Notes: generated from the sequence alone by a model not told the origin. A stretch of 64,000 bases of DNA from Acidimicrobiales bacterium (GCA_036796975.1 DAIRBY010000014.1:2793-66792); one strand, 5' to 3'. Shown: positions 1 through 9,821, numbered from the stretch's first letter. Made by a program: numbers and translations.

Positions 1-798
1 GACGGGAACATTCAAACCGGACGCCAAGCGGATGAGGAACGCAGGGGTCAGATACACGTTCTGCTGCCCTTCGTAGTCGACATCCTGCTGCGCGGCGATG
101 GGCAAGATGGCGCTCACATCGCTCGGGAACCGAATGATGCCAGTGACCTTGGCGGTGAACCGGGGCCCGGTGGAAACGGAATTGAAGCCATTCGTCAAGC
201 CGGTGAAGTTGGCACTTTGGATTTGGGCGTAGGAAGGCGAGTAGAGCGGGATGCGGCTCCCGACATGGAGGTGCCGAACCTCGGCCGCCAACTCGTTGAT
301 CATGACCTCGAACGGCCTTGACGGGTCCGCCATTCGTCCCGCCACTACATATGGGCGGTCCACGCTATGGAAGAGGGACTTGTTCGCCGCACCGAAGAAA
401 TTGAGGTTGCCGGCCGAACTGGGCGTGGGGCTGGTGGCAAGGAACAGGTATGCACTACGAAACCATGACGCGACCTGCGGGAGCTCGACGATCTTCTTGG
501 CTGCGCCGAACGGCGCCAGCGAATTGGCAGCGCTCGCCGGTACCGGCGGAAGTGATGATGGGCTGCCAAAGATGAATCCGCCGTCGTCAGGCAAGCTGAA
601 ATCGAGGAGTCGGGACGTCGCCGTGTCCGCTCGACGTGCACCCGAGAATGCCGCCAGTGCAACCCCTCCGCCGATGCCGACGAAGATCACCAGGACCAGC
701 AGAGTGCGCCATGTCGCCCGGAGCTCGGTGCGCAGGCGAAGCCAAATCACCCCCAACCCGCCGCCTCGTTCAGTCGCCGCGCCGCTCACCTGAGACAT
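1..798 (-). CDS. FtsX/MacB-type ABC transporter permease, N-terminal part (3' end lies beyond the window start)
   Basis: Not in the ORF track because there is no stop in the window. Minus-strand translation from ATG 798..796 stays open to base 1: MSQVSGAATERGGGLGVIWLRLRTELRATWRTLLVLVIFVGIGGGVALAAFSGARRADTATSRLLDF...VDRPYVVAGRMADPSRPFEVMINE. It has one N-terminal TM helix followed by an extracytoplasmic domain. It is collinear with the N-terminus of the 842-aa FtsX-type ORF at 34703..37231. Confidence 0.6.
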   Translation of the reverse strand, partial: MSQVSGAATERGGGLGVIWLRLRTELRATWRTLLVLVIFVGIGGGVALAAFSGARRADTATSRLLDFSLPDDGGFIFGSPSSLPPVPASAANSLAPFGAAKKIVELPQVASWFRSAYLFLATSPTPSSAGNLNFFGAANKSLFHSVDRPYVVAGRMADPSRPFEVMINELAAEVRHLHVGSRIPLYSPSYAQIQSANFTGLTNGFNSVSTGPRFTAKVTGIIRFPSDVSAILPIAAQQDVDYEGQQNVYLTPAFLIRLASGLNVPV

Positions 799-1141
799 TG
801 AGGCACGTGGTCGAGCACCTTGCCAAGGGTGACAGCTCGCTCGAGCGCGGGGAAGAACCTTCCCCCTGTCCGGTGGTGCCACCCCCACGCACGGCCTGGA
901 GGTCTCGTGTCAGGGACGGCGGTCGCACCGCGTGGCAAGCCGAGCCGTGAGCTGGGCCATCCGCCTCGTGCCGGCGCGCCTGGCTTCATGGCCTGAAGCG
1001 AAGGCAATGCGGGATGCCGAATCAGGGAGTCTGGTCAGATGGCGAAGCGGAGGCGGCCAAAGGGTCGCCTGGGTGATTCCGCGACGCACCAGGAGGCACC
1101 AGCGCATGTCCGGCCGGGACCGGACGTAGAAACTCGAGGTC

Positions 1142-2359
1142 TTACGGGATGTGGATCCCCGAGACGGCCCGGGCGATCACGAGGCGCTGGACCTCGGAGG
1201 TGCCCTCGAAGATGGTGTAGATCTTCGAGTCCCGGTGCCAGCGCTCGACGGGGTGCTCCCGGATGTAGCCGTAGCCACCCATGATCTGGATGGCCTCCTC
1301 GGTCACCCACACCGCGGTCTCCCCGGCGAACAGCTTCGACATCGATCCCTCGCCGGCCGTGAAGGGCTGGCGGGTGGCGCCCATCCACGCTGCGCGCCAG
1401 ATGAGCAGCCGGGAGGCGTCGATGCGCGTCTTCATGTCGGCCAGCTTGAAGGCGATGCCCTGGTTCTCGATGATGCGCCGTCCGAACGCCTTGCGCTCCT
1501 TGGCGTAGTCGAGGGAGTACTCGTAAGCGGCTCGGGCGATTCCGAGAGCTTGGGCGCCCACGGCAGGGCGGGTGGCTTCGAACGTGGCCATGGCCGCCTG
1601 CGAGTTGGAGCGCTTTCCCTCTTTCGCCCGCGCCAGGCGTTCGTCCAGCTTCTCCTTGCCGCCCAGCAGGCAGCTCCCCGGCACGCGTACGTCGTCGAGG
1701 ATCACCTCACCGGTGTGCGAAGCCCGGATGCCCATTTTCTTGAACTTCTGCCCGGCCGAGAGCCCGGCGGTCCCGGGAGGGACGATGAAGCTGGCTTGAC
1801 CGCGCGACCCCAGGTCAGGATCGACACTCGCCACGACCACGTGGATGTCGGCGATGCCGCCGTTGGTGATCCACGTCTTCGTCCCGTTGAGGACCCACTC
1901 GTCCTTCGCTTCGTCGTACACGGCGCGCGTGCGAAGTGCGCTCACGTCCGAGCCGGCGTCCGCCTCCGACACGCAGAAGGCCGCCATCTGGATCTTCTCG
2001 GGGGTGCCGTAGCACTGCGGTCCCCATTCGATGAGCTGTTCGGGTGTGCCGTTGGCGGCGATGCCGGCCAACCCGAGGGTGCTGCCCAGGATGGCAAGGG
2101 TCAGGCCGGCGTCACCCCAGGCCAGCTCCTCGTTGACCAGGCACATGGTGAGCCCGGTGGGGTCGAAGAAGGCCTGGCTCACGAAGTCGAAGGAGTACAG
2201 CCCGATCTTGGCCGCCTCCTCGATGATCGGCCACGGCGTCTCTTCCCGCTCGTCCCACTCGTGGGCGGCGGGGCGCATCACCTGTTCGGCGAAGTCGTGG
2301 ACCCACTTCTGGATCTGAAGCTGGTCCTCGTTGAGCTCCATCGAGAATGCTGACGCCAT
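1142..2359 (-). CDS. acyl-CoA dehydrogenase
   Basis: 405-aa ORF. N-terminus MELNEDQLQIQKWVHDFAEQVMRPAAHEWDEREE and C-terminus GGYGYIREHPVERWHRDSKIYTIFEGTSEVQRLVIARAV are typical of the ACAD family. A GGGGAGG SD precedes the ATG. Confidence 0.9.
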   Translation of the reverse strand: MASAFSMELNEDQLQIQKWVHDFAEQVMRPAAHEWDEREETPWPIIEEAAKIGLYSFDFVSQAFFDPTGLTMCLVNEELAWGDAGLTLAILGSTLGLAGIAANGTPEQLIEWGPQCYGTPEKIQMAAFCVSEADAGSDVSALRTRAVYDEAKDEWVLNGTKTWITNGGIADIHVVVASVDPDLGSRGQASFIVPPGTAGLSAGQKFKKMGIRASHTGEVILDDVRVPGSCLLGGKEKLDERLARAKEGKRSNSQAAMATFEATRPAVGAQALGIARAAYEYSLDYAKERKAFGRRIIENQGIAFKLADMKTRIDASRLLIWRAAWMGATRQPFTAGEGSMSKLFAGETAVWVTEEAIQIMGGYGYIREHPVERWHRDSKIYTIFEGTSEVQRLVIARAVSGIHIP

Positions 2360-2453
2360 GTCCTCCCCTTGCGTCCACCGGGCTGAGCGGGCGGGACGGC
2401 CGTCCGCGGGCGCAGGGTCTGCGTCGCCTCGGCCTGCCGCCCTCGCCCTACCC

Positions 2454-2476
2454 TTAGTTACTCAACGGTAACCTAG
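2454..2476. promoter_or_regulatory. AT-rich imperfect palindrome upstream of the acyl-CoA dehydrogenase gene (candidate operator or promoter element)
   Basis: TTAGTTACTCAACGGTAACCTAG contains GTTAC-N6-GTAAC. It is the only AT-rich patch in a GC-rich spacer, about 95-115 nt upstream of the ACAD ATG at 2359. Confidence 0.25.
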
Positions 2477-2570
2477 CGGGAGCGGCAGGACAACCTTCCC
2501 GGGGTCGACTGGGCGCGCACAACCCCCTGACCTGGGGTGATGCCTACCTAGTACCGCGGAAGCGGAAGCT

Positions 2571-2780
2571 TCAGGCCGTGGCGAGGCGGACGTCCACCGC
2601 TTGGAGGCCCTTCGGGCCCTCCTTCACCTCGAACTCGACCGGCTGGCCTTCTTCGAGGGTGCGGTAGCCGTTCATCTGGATGGCGGAGTGGTGGACGAAC
2701 ACGTCCTCGCCGCCGTCGGGCTGGGCGATGAACCCGTAGCCCTTCTCCGCGTTGAACCACTTGACCGTTCCCGACGGCAA
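2571..2780 (-). CDS. cspA: cold-shock protein, CspA family
   Basis: 69 aa. [31 protein letters not shown] carries the RNP1/RNP2 motifs. The start codon is TTG, preceded by GGAGGCGGGAGA. Confidence 0.95.
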   Translation of the reverse strand: MPSGTVKWFNAEKGYGFIAQPDGGEDVFVHHSAIQMNGYRTLEEGQPVEFEVKEGPKGLQAVDVRLATA

Positions 2781-2876
2781 ATCTCCCGCCTCCTTCTCGG
2801 CGCCCCCGTGGCCGGAAAACCTACCTCGCCGCCCCAGGCGACACCCGGTTCGCCGTGCCCCGCCGCCGCCCGCCCG

Positions 2877-4268
2877 TCAGCCCCCACGCCGGTGCAGCCT
2901 GGTGCCCTCCGAGGTGTCCTCGACCGTCCAGCCCTCGGCCTCGAGCCGCTCCCGGATCTCGTCGGCCCGGGCCCAGTCGCGCCCGGCACGGGCGTGGTCG
3001 CGTTGGCGGACCAACGCCGCGCTCGCCTCGTCGATCTCCGCCCGGCCTGAGCCGAGCTCCAGCCCGAGGGCACCGGCGAGCACGGCCACCGTGGTGGCCA
3101 GGGCCCGGGCGACGTCCTCCCGGCCTGCGTCGGCGGCGGTGTTGGCCCTCCGCACCAGGTCGAACAGGCCGGCCACGGCCGCCGGCGTGTCCAGGTCGTC
3201 GTCCATGCGGGCGGTGAAGGCGGCCAGCACCACGGGGTCGACACCGGCGCCCGGAGCTTCGGCGGCGGTCACCGCTGCCAGCGTCGGTGCCAGCTCGAAA
3301 CGCCGGGCCAGTGCATCGAGGCGGGCCAGCCCTTCTTCGGCGTCGGCGAGCGTGGCGGCGGTCACCTCGATGGGCGAGCGGTAGTGGGCGCGCAGCACGA
3401 GCAGGCGATAGGCGCGGGGGTCGGTGTTGGCGAGCAGGTCGGTCAGCGTCGTGTAGTTGCCGAGCGACTTGGCCATCTTCTCGTCGCCCACCGTCACGAG
3501 CCCGTGGTGGGCCCAGTGCCGGGCGAAGGGCCGTCCCCAGACCACCGCCTGGGCGCGCTCGTTCTCGTGGTGCGGAAAGACGAGGTCGATGCCTCCACCA
3601 TGGAGGTCGAACCCGTCGCCGAGCAGCTCGAGGGACATCACCACGCACTCGGTGTGCCATCCGGGCCGCCCCGGCCCCCACGGAGAGCCCCACGTGGGCT
3701 CCCCGGGTTTGGCCTTCTTCCACAGCACGAAGTCGAGCGGTGAGCGCTTCTCCTCCCCCACCTCCACCCGGGCCCCCGCCCGCAGGGAGTCCAGGCCCTG
3801 ATGGGCCAGCAGCCCGTACCCGTCCACCTTCTCCACCGACAGGTAGACACCGTCGGAGGTCTCGTAGGCGGCCCCGCTTCGTACCAGCTCCTCGATGAGC
3901 GCCACCATCTTCTCCACGAAGGCGGTGGCGTGCGGTGCGTCGGTGGGCCGGAGCACGCCCAGGGCGTCGACGGCCTGCCACCACACCTCTTCGTACTGCT
4001 CGGCCACCTCCTCGGGCGCGCGGCCCTCGGTGGCGGCCCGGTTGATGATCTTGTCGTCGATGTCGGTGACGTTGGAGACGTGACGGACGCGCAGGCCGGA
4101 GAATTCGAGGTACCGGCGCAGGACGTCGAAGACGAGGGCGGCACGACCGTGGCCGATGTGCGGCACGTCGTAGACGGTCAGCCCGCACACGTACATGCTG
4201 ACGGCACCGGGGTCCCGCAGCTGGAGCGGCGTGACCGTGCCGCTCGCCGTGTCGTAGAGCCGCAGCAC
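2877..4268 (-). CDS. cysS: cysteine--tRNA ligase
   Basis: Contains the HIGH motif (PHIGHG), DIDDKII, FPHHENE and KMAKSLGN (KMSKS). The C-terminus RDWARADEIRERLEAEGWTVEDTSEGTRL is CysS-like and not MshC-like. I prefer the GTG start at 4268 (VLRLYDTASG); the ORF track start is 4310. Confidence 0.9.
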   Translation of the reverse strand: MLRLYDTASGTVTPLQLRDPGAVSMYVCGLTVYDVPHIGHGRAALVFDVLRRYLEFSGLRVRHVSNVTDIDDKIINRAATEGRAPEEVAEQYEEVWWQAVDALGVLRPTDAPHATAFVEKMVALIEELVRSGAAYETSDGVYLSVEKVDGYGLLAHQGLDSLRAGARVEVGEEKRSPLDFVLWKKAKPGEPTWGSPWGPGRPGWHTECVVMSLELLGDGFDLHGGGIDLVFPHHENERAQAVVWGRPFARHWAHHGLVTVGDEKMAKSLGNYTTLTDLLANTDPRAYRLLVLRAHYRSPIEVTAATLADAEEGLARLDALARRFELAPTLAAVTAAEAPGAGVDPVVLAAFTARMDDDLDTPAAVAGLFDLVRRANTAADAGREDVARALATTVAVLAGALGLELGSGRAEIDEASAALVRQRDHARAGRDWARADEIRERLEAEGWTVEDTSEGTRLHRRGG

Positions 4269-4288
4269 TCGGATACCGTAACCGGATC

Positions 4289-6937
4289 GTGGACGCCGCC
4301 AGGACCGCATCGCAGGCGCAGGACGGCGGTCTCACCGGGGCCGTCGTGGCAGGGCCGGCGCTCGAGGCGCCCCGTCCTCCCGAGGTGCCGGAGCGTCCCA
4401 GCCTCGAGGGCCTCGAAGAGAAGTGGGCCCGTCGCTGGGCGGAGGACGACACCTACCGCTTCGACCGCAGCGTCCCCCGGGAGCAGGTCTTCGCCATCGA
4501 CACCCCGCCGCCCACCGTGTCGGGGTCGCTGCACGTGGGCCACGTGTTCTCCTTCACCCACACCGACACCGTGGCCCGACAGCGGCGGATGAGCGGCAAG
4601 GCCGTCTTCTATCCGATGGGGTGGGACGACAACGGCCTCGCCACGGAGCGCCGCGTCCAGAACTTCTTCGGCGTGCGCTGCGACCCGAGCCTCCATCGCC
4701 ACCCGGACTTCGCCCCGCCGGCGGACTCCGGCACGCAACAGGTGCCGGTGTCGCGTCCCGATTTCGTGGACCTGTGCCACCGGCTCACGGCCGAGGACGA
4801 GAAGGCGTTCGAAGCGACCTTCCGCCGCCTGGGGCTGTCGGTGGACTGGGGACTGCAGTACACGACCATCTCCGCCGAGGCCCGGCGCATCAGCCAGCGC
4901 GGCTTTCTCCATCTGTTGGCCGGGGGGCACGCCTATCTGGCCGAGGCCCCCACCCAGTGGGACGTCGACTTCCAGACGGCGGTGTCCCAGGCCGAGATGG
5001 AGGACCGCGACGTCTCCGGCGCCTATCACCGCCTGCGCTTCCCGTCGGCGTTCGACGCCGGCGCCGGCATCGAGATCGAGACCACCCGGCCCGAGCTCCT
5101 CCCCGCCTGTGTGGCGCTCGTGGCCCACCCCGACGACCCCCGCTACCGCCCGTCGTTCGGCTCCGAGGTGCTCACCCCTCTGTTCCTGGCCCCGGTGCCG
5201 GTGCTGGCCCACGAGCTGGCCGAGCCCGACAAGGGCACCGGCATCGCCATGGTGTGCACCTTCGGCGACACCACCGACGTCACGTGGTGGCGCGAGCTCG
5301 GGCTCCCCACGCGCACCGTCGTAGGCCGCGACGGGCGACTGCACGATGCGCCGTTCGGCGAACCGGGGTGGGAGTCACAGGACCCCTCCGCCGCCCGCGC
5401 CGTCTACGGGGAGCTGGCGGGGCGCACCGTGGCCCAGGCCCGGCGCCGGATCGTCGAGCTGCTCCGGGAGTCGGGCGCCCTGGTGGGCGAGCCCAAGCCG
5501 GTCACCCATGCCGTGCGCTTCTACGAACGCGGCGAGCGTCCCCTCGAGATCGTCTCCAGCCGCCAGTGGTACGTGCGCACCATGCGCATGCGCCCCACCC
5601 TGCTCGAGGCGGGCCGCCGGCTGCGCTGGCACCCGCCCCACATGGTGCACCGCTACGAGTCGTGGGTGGAGGGACTGAACGGCGACTGGAACATCAGCCG
5701 CCAGCGGTTCTTCGGCGTGCCCTTCCCGGTGTGGTACCCGGTGGGAGCCGACGGGACGGTGGGGTTCGAGCGTCCCATCGTCCCTGCAGAGGACGAGCTC
5801 CCTGTCGACCCCTCCGACGACGTGCCGCCGGGGTACGCCCAGTCCCAACGCGGCGCGCCGGGCGGCTTCGTCGGCGACCCCGACGTCATGGACACCTGGG
5901 CCACCTCCTCCCTCACCCCGCAGATCGCCGGGCGCTGGGGGGACGACCCCGACCTCTTCGGGCGGGTGTTCCCCATGGACCTGCGGCCCCAGAGCCACGA
6001 GATCATCCGCACGTGGCTCTTCTCGACGGTGGTGCGCAGCGAGCTCGAGCACGGCACGCTCCCGTGGAGCGACGTGGAGATCTCGGGATGGATCCTCGAC
6101 CCCGACCGCAAGAAGATGGCCAAGTCGAAGGGGAACGTGGTCACCCCGACCGAACCGCTCGAGCGCTTCGGCACCGACGCCGTGCGCTACTGGGCGGCGT
6201 GCGGTCGTCCCGGCGTCGACACCGCCTACGACGAGGCGCAGATCAAGGTGGGTCGCCGGCTCGCCACCAAGGTGCTGAACGCGTCCAAGTTCGCCCTGGG
6301 CCGCCTCCAGGGCGGCCCGATGCCCGGCGCCGACGCCATCTCGTCGCCTCTCGACACGTCGATGCTGGCCGGACTGGCCGCCGTGGTCGACGACACCACC
6401 GCCGCCTTCGACGCCTTCGACTACGCCCGGGCCCTCGAGCGCACCGAGGGGTTCTTCTGGCCCTACTGCGACGACTACGTGGAGCTGGTCAAGGGACGGG
6501 CCTATGAAGACCCGGCCGACCCCGAACCGGCATCGGCGCGCGCCGCGCTGGCCCTGTCGTTGTCGGTGCTGCTGCGGCTGTTCGCCCCCGTCCTGCCCTT
6601 CGTCACCGAGGAGGTGTGGTCGTGGTGGCACACGGGCTCCATCCACCGGGCGCCGTGGCCCGCCACCGCCGAGCTGCCGCCGGGGACGGCCGCCCGGGAC
6701 ACCGCCGTGCTGGACATGGCCGCCCAGGTGCTCGGAGCGGTGCGGCGCGTCAAGACGGCGGCCAAGCGCTCCATGCGGGTGCCGGTGGCGCGCCTGACGG
6801 TGACCGACAGCGCCGAGCGCCTGGGCCTGCTGGCCCTGGCCGAGGGGGACGTGCGCGAGGCGGGGGGGGTCATCGAGCTGGCCACGGCGGTCGGTGCCCC
6901 CGAGGTCGAGGTGGTGCTGGCCGAAGAGTCAGGCTGA
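4289..6937 (+). CDS. valS: valine--tRNA ligase (actinobacterial/archaeal-type)
   Basis: 882-aa ORF with PSLEGLEEKWARRWAEDDTYRF, SGSLHVGHVFSFTHTD (HIGH-like) and KMAKSKGN (KMSKS). The start is uncertain: in-frame GTG at 4289, 4346 or 4385. Confidence 0.9.
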   Translation: MDAARTASQAQDGGLTGAVVAGPALEAPRPPEVPERPSLEGLEEKWARRWAEDDTYRFDRSVPREQVFAIDTPPPTVSGSLHVGHVFSFTHTDTVARQRRMSGKAVFYPMGWDDNGLATERRVQNFFGVRCDPSLHRHPDFAPPADSGTQQVPVSRPDFVDLCHRLTAEDEKAFEATFRRLGLSVDWGLQYTTISAEARRISQRGFLHLLAGGHAYLAEAPTQWDVDFQTAVSQAEMEDRDVSGAYHRLRFPSAFDAGAGIEIETTRPELLPACVALVAHPDDPRYRPSFGSEVLTPLFLAPVPVLAHELAEPDKGTGIAMVCTFGDTTDVTWWRELGLPTRTVVGRDGRLHDAPFGEPGWESQDPSAARAVYGELAGRTVAQARRRIVELLRESGALVGEPKPVTHAVRFYERGERPLEIVSSRQWYVRTMRMRPTLLEAGRRLRWHPPHMVHRYESWVEGLNGDWNISRQRFFGVPFPVWYPVGADGTVGFERPIVPAEDELPVDPSDDVPPGYAQSQRGAPGGFVGDPDVMDTWATSSLTPQIAGRWGDDPDLFGRVFPMDLRPQSHEIIRTWLFSTVVRSELEHGTLPWSDVEISGWILDPDRKKMAKSKGNVVTPTEPLERFGTDAVRYWAACGRPGVDTAYDEAQIKVGRRLATKVLNASKFALGRLQGGPMPGADAISSPLDTSMLAGLAAVVDDTTAAFDAFDYARALERTEGFFWPYCDDYVELVKGRAYEDPADPEPASARAALALSLSVLLRLFAPVLPFVTEEVWSWWHTGSIHRAPWPATAELPPGTAARDTAVLDMAAQVLGAVRRVKTAAKRSMRVPVARLTVTDSAERLGLLALAEGDVREAGGVIELATAVGAPEVEVVLAEESG

Positions 6938-8286
6938 GGGGGCGGCGTCCGCTTGCCCTGGAAGAGTTCCTGGCACGCGTCAGAGCCCTTGGCCGCCGCA
7001 GCGGCGCCGCTCGCCGACAGGGCGTCGGCGGGGAGCACGTGCAGGCGGGCGCCTTCGAGGAACCGCACCACCGCCGCCACCATGTGGGCGCTGCGCACGG
7101 AGGGGAGGACGTCGAAGGCGTGCTGCGTGAAGGGGAGCTCGGCGTAGAGCACCGGTGAGCGCGACACCTGGCGCAGGCGGTGGGCGAAGTCCTGGGCGTC
7201 GGCCACCGGGATGAGGGTGTCGTTGCGCCCGTGGATGACGAAGAACGGCGGAGCGTCGGGACGGAGCCGGTAGAGCGGCGAGGCGGCCCGGAAGACCTCG
7301 GGGTGCTCGGCGTAGGTGGTCTTGAAGATCCGCTTCTCGAACATGCGCAGCTCGCCCCAGTCGCGCAGCGTCTTCCCGCCGTCGTGGGCGGTCATGTCGT
7401 ACTGGCCGTAGATGGGGACGCAGGCGTCGACATGGCAGTCGGCGTCCTCGAAGCCGGGCTGGAAGTCGCGTTCCCCGGCCGACAGGGCCAGCAGGGCGGC
7501 GAGGTGCCCACCGGCCGAGCCCCCGCCCACGGCCACGAAGCTCGGGTCGCCGCCGTAGCGGTGGATGTTGTCCCGCACCCAGGCGATGGCCCGCTTGCAG
7601 TCCACGATGTGGGCCGGCCAGGCGTTCTTCGGGCTCAGCCGGTAATTGACGGTCACCCCCACCCAGCCGCGCCGGGCCAGCTCGAAGAGGAGGGGCAAAC
7701 CCTGCTCGCGCTTGTCGCCGATGATCCAGGCCCCGCCGTGGACGTACACGAACACCGGGGCGTTCTCGGGCGGGTCGGTGCGCCGCACGATCACATCGAG
7801 GCGATGGGCGCGCCGGCCGTCGCCCCAGTAGTCGATGTTGCGGATGGTCCGGGCCGCCCGGGAGGGACGCGGCAGCGGGTAGATGAGCCGGGGGAAGCGC
7901 CACATGGTGTCGCGGCCGCTGCGGGGGAGCTCGACGCCCGGCACGGCCGGGAGCGGCACCTCCTCCTCGGCCTGGGCCAGCACGTGGTGGGCCCGGTCCG
8001 AGTACACGGCGTGGACGAAGAGGCCGATCCAGGAAGCCACGGCGATGGCGAGCCCCAGCCACCCCGGCCACGCCCCGAAAGCGCCGAAGTAGGCGAAGAC
8101 GGCGGTGGCCGCCGCCTGCCAGACGATGTGCCAGACGGGCATCTCGGCGGTGTACCAACCGGCGAAGAAGCTCTGGACGACGAGGAACCCGGCCCGCGCG
8201 GGCCGGAAGGCGTTCAGGACCAGCAGCGCCCCGAAGGCGCTGACGGCCAGATACGCCCAGGACCAGGCCATCGAGCTGTCCGCCAT
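6502..8286 (-). CDS. membrane-anchored alpha/beta hydrolase (esterase/lipase, HSL/Abhydrolase_3-like) with an anomalous long 3' tail
   Basis: N-terminal TM helices, then HGGAW (oxyanion HGG), GGSAGG (GxSxG) and a catalytic-His region ending near ...HMVAAVVRFLEG at about 7072. The frame has no stop until 6502, so the last ~190 codons are low-complexity, and 436 nt of them overlap valS antisense. Confidence 0.75.
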   Translation of the reverse strand: MADSSMAWSWAYLAVSAFGALLVLNAFRPARAGFLVVQSFFAGWYTAEMPVWHIVWQAAATAVFAYFGAFGAWPGWLGLAIAVASWIGLFVHAVYSDRAHHVLAQAEEEVPLPAVPGVELPRSGRDTMWRFPRLIYPLPRPSRAARTIRNIDYWGDGRRAHRLDVIVRRTDPPENAPVFVYVHGGAWIIGDKREQGLPLLFELARRGWVGVTVNYRLSPKNAWPAHIVDCKRAIAWVRDNIHRYGGDPSFVAVGGGSAGGHLAALLALSAGERDFQPGFEDADCHVDACVPIYGQYDMTAHDGGKTLRDWGELRMFEKRIFKTTYAEHPEVFRAASPLYRLRPDAPPFFVIHGRNDTLIPVADAQDFAHRLRQVSRSPVLYAELPFTQHAFDVLPSVRSAHMVAAVVRFLEGARLHVLPADALSASGAAAAAKGSDACQELFQGKRTPPPQPDSSASTTSTSGAPTAVASSMTPPASRTSPSARASRPRRSALSVTVRRATGTRMERLAAVLTRRTAPSTWAAMSSTAVSRAAVPGGSSAVAGHGARWMEPVCHHDHTSSVTKGRTGANSRSSTDNDRASAARADAGSGSAGSS

Positions 8287-8366
8287 GGCACCATCCTGGC
8301 GGAGGGCGCGAGAATGCGCACGTCGAGGGGCCTGGCGGGCGACCGGCTCCGGAAGGGCAGCGGGTC

Positions 8367-9821
8367 ATGGAGCGACTGAGCGGTCTGGACGCCGCCTTCA
8401 CCTACCTCGAGACGCCGAGCCTGCACATGCACGTGTCGATGGCGGCCGTCTTCGACCCCACCACCGTGCCGGGCGGCTACAGCTACGACAAGGTCCGCGA
8501 GCTCGTCTCCGAGCGGCTGGCCCGTGCGCCCATCTTCCGGCGCCGGCTGGTCCAGGTCCCCTTCCGCCTCGACCACCCCTACTGGGTGGAGGACCCTGCC
8601 TTCGACATCGACTACCACATGCGACGCGCCGCCCTGCCCGCCCCGGGAGGCATCGAGGAGCTGGCGGAGTTCGTCGGCGACGTCTGCAGCCGTCAGCTCG
8701 ACCGCAGCAAGCCCCTGTGGGAGATGTACCTCGTCGAGGGGCTGGCCGACGGGCGCATCGGTGTCGTGACCAAGATCCACCACTGCACGATCGACGGTGT
8801 GTCCGGTGCCGAGCTGCTGAGCGAACTGTTCGACCTGGAGGCCGACCCCGCTCCCAAGCCGGTCGCCGAGGAGCTGCCCGGCCTGCGCTCGGGGCTGCCT
8901 TCCGACCTCGTGCTCTTGGGGCGGGCCGTGGTCGCCCGGGCCACCCGGCCGGCGCGGCTCACCCGGCTGGCCTGGAAGACGGGCAAGGCCTTCTTCGATG
9001 TCCGGCGCGTGCGCCAGTCGACGCCGGCGGGCAACGCCGCGCTCCCGCTCACCACGCCGCGCACGTCGCTCAACCAGGCCATCACCGCCCACCGGCGGGT
9101 GGCCTTCTCGACCATCTCGCTCGACGACGTGAAGCGGGTGAAGAACGCCCTCGAGACGACCGTCAACGACGTGGTGCTGGCCATCTGCACCGGGGCTCTG
9201 CGCCAGTACCTCATCGACGGCGACGAGCTGCCCGACGACCCGCTCGTCGCCACCGTGCCGGTGTCGGTGCAGGGGGCGCAGGTCAAGAGCGCCAACAAGG
9301 TGTCGGCCATGTTCGTGGCGCTCCCCTGCCGGGTCGACGACCCGGTGAAGCGGCTCCTCACCATTCGCGACGGCACCAAGGGCGCCAAGGAGGAGCACAA
9401 GGCGCTCGGCGCCGAAGTCCTCCTCGACTGGGCCGAGCACGCCACCCCCAACCTGTTCTCGGCGGCGGCACGTGCCTACACACGCTTCCGCCTGGCCGAG
9501 CACCACCGCCCCATCCACAGCCTGGTCATCTCGAACGTGCCCGGGCCCGACTTCCCCATCTACCTGGGCGGCTCACGGCTGGTGGCCGGCTTCCCCCTCG
9601 GGCCGGTGATGGACGGCGCCGGCCTCAACATCACGGTGATGAGCTACCGCGGCACCCTCAACTGGGGGCTCATGGCCTGCCGCGAGACGGTTCCCGGCCT
9701 CGACCGCCTGGCCGGCTACATCCCGGCGGCCCTGGAAGAGCTCTTGTCGTCGGCAGGGCTCGACCCGGCCACGCCGGTGGGCGTGGCGCCGGGGCCCGAC
9801 CGTCGGGCACCGGTGGGCTAA
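8367..9821 (+). CDS. wax ester synthase/diacylglycerol acyltransferase (WS/DGAT)
   Basis: 484 aa. N-terminus MERLSGLDAAFTYLETPSLHMHV and the active-site motif HHCTIDGVSG (HHxxxDG). Confidence 0.9.
   Translation: MERLSGLDAAFTYLETPSLHMHVSMAAVFDPTTVPGGYSYDKVRELVSERLARAPIFRRRLVQVPFRLDHPYWVEDPAFDIDYHMRRAALPAPGGIEELAEFVGDVCSRQLDRSKPLWEMYLVEGLADGRIGVVTKIHHCTIDGVSGAELLSELFDLEADPAPKPVAEELPGLRSGLPSDLVLLGRAVVARATRPARLTRLAWKTGKAFFDVRRVRQSTPAGNAALPLTTPRTSLNQAITAHRRVAFSTISLDDVKRVKNALETTVNDVVLAICTGALRQYLIDGDELPDDPLVATVPVSVQGAQVKSANKVSAMFVALPCRVDDPVKRLLTIRDGTKGAKEEHKALGAEVLLDWAEHATPNLFSAAARAYTRFRLAEHHRPIHSLVISNVPGPDFPIYLGGSRLVAGFPLGPVMDGAGLNITVMSYRGTLNWGLMACRETVPGLDRLAGYIPAALEELLSSAGLDPATPVGVAPGPDRRAPVG

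Noticed and set aside
799-1141. A 343-nt gap between the partial FtsX gene and the acyl-CoA dehydrogenase, searched for a missing ABC ATPase or regulator gene. It contains the hairpin GGGGAAG-AAC-CTTCCCC at 849..865.
   Set aside because: All frames give junk-like short ORFs without motifs. The hairpin is short and lacks a T tract. Nothing here can be called.
2394-2405. Perfect 12-bp palindrome GGACGGCCGTCC between cspA and the acyl-CoA dehydrogenase gene, considered as a terminator.
   Set aside because: It has a zero-length loop and no T tract, and it lies ~170 nt from the cspA stop. GC-rich palindromes of this size are common at this composition.
2821-4452. Very long alternative-frame and antisense ORFs. 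Examples are 2821..4452 (-), 5375..6646 (-), 8105..10444 (+), 15136..17811 (-), 26076..27959 (-), 50478..52556 (-) and 51278..53887 (+).
   Set aside because: Their translations are Arg/Pro/Gly/Ala-rich low-complexity strings with no motifs. They overlap genes that have clear family signatures. Stop-poor shadow frames are expected at ~70% GC.
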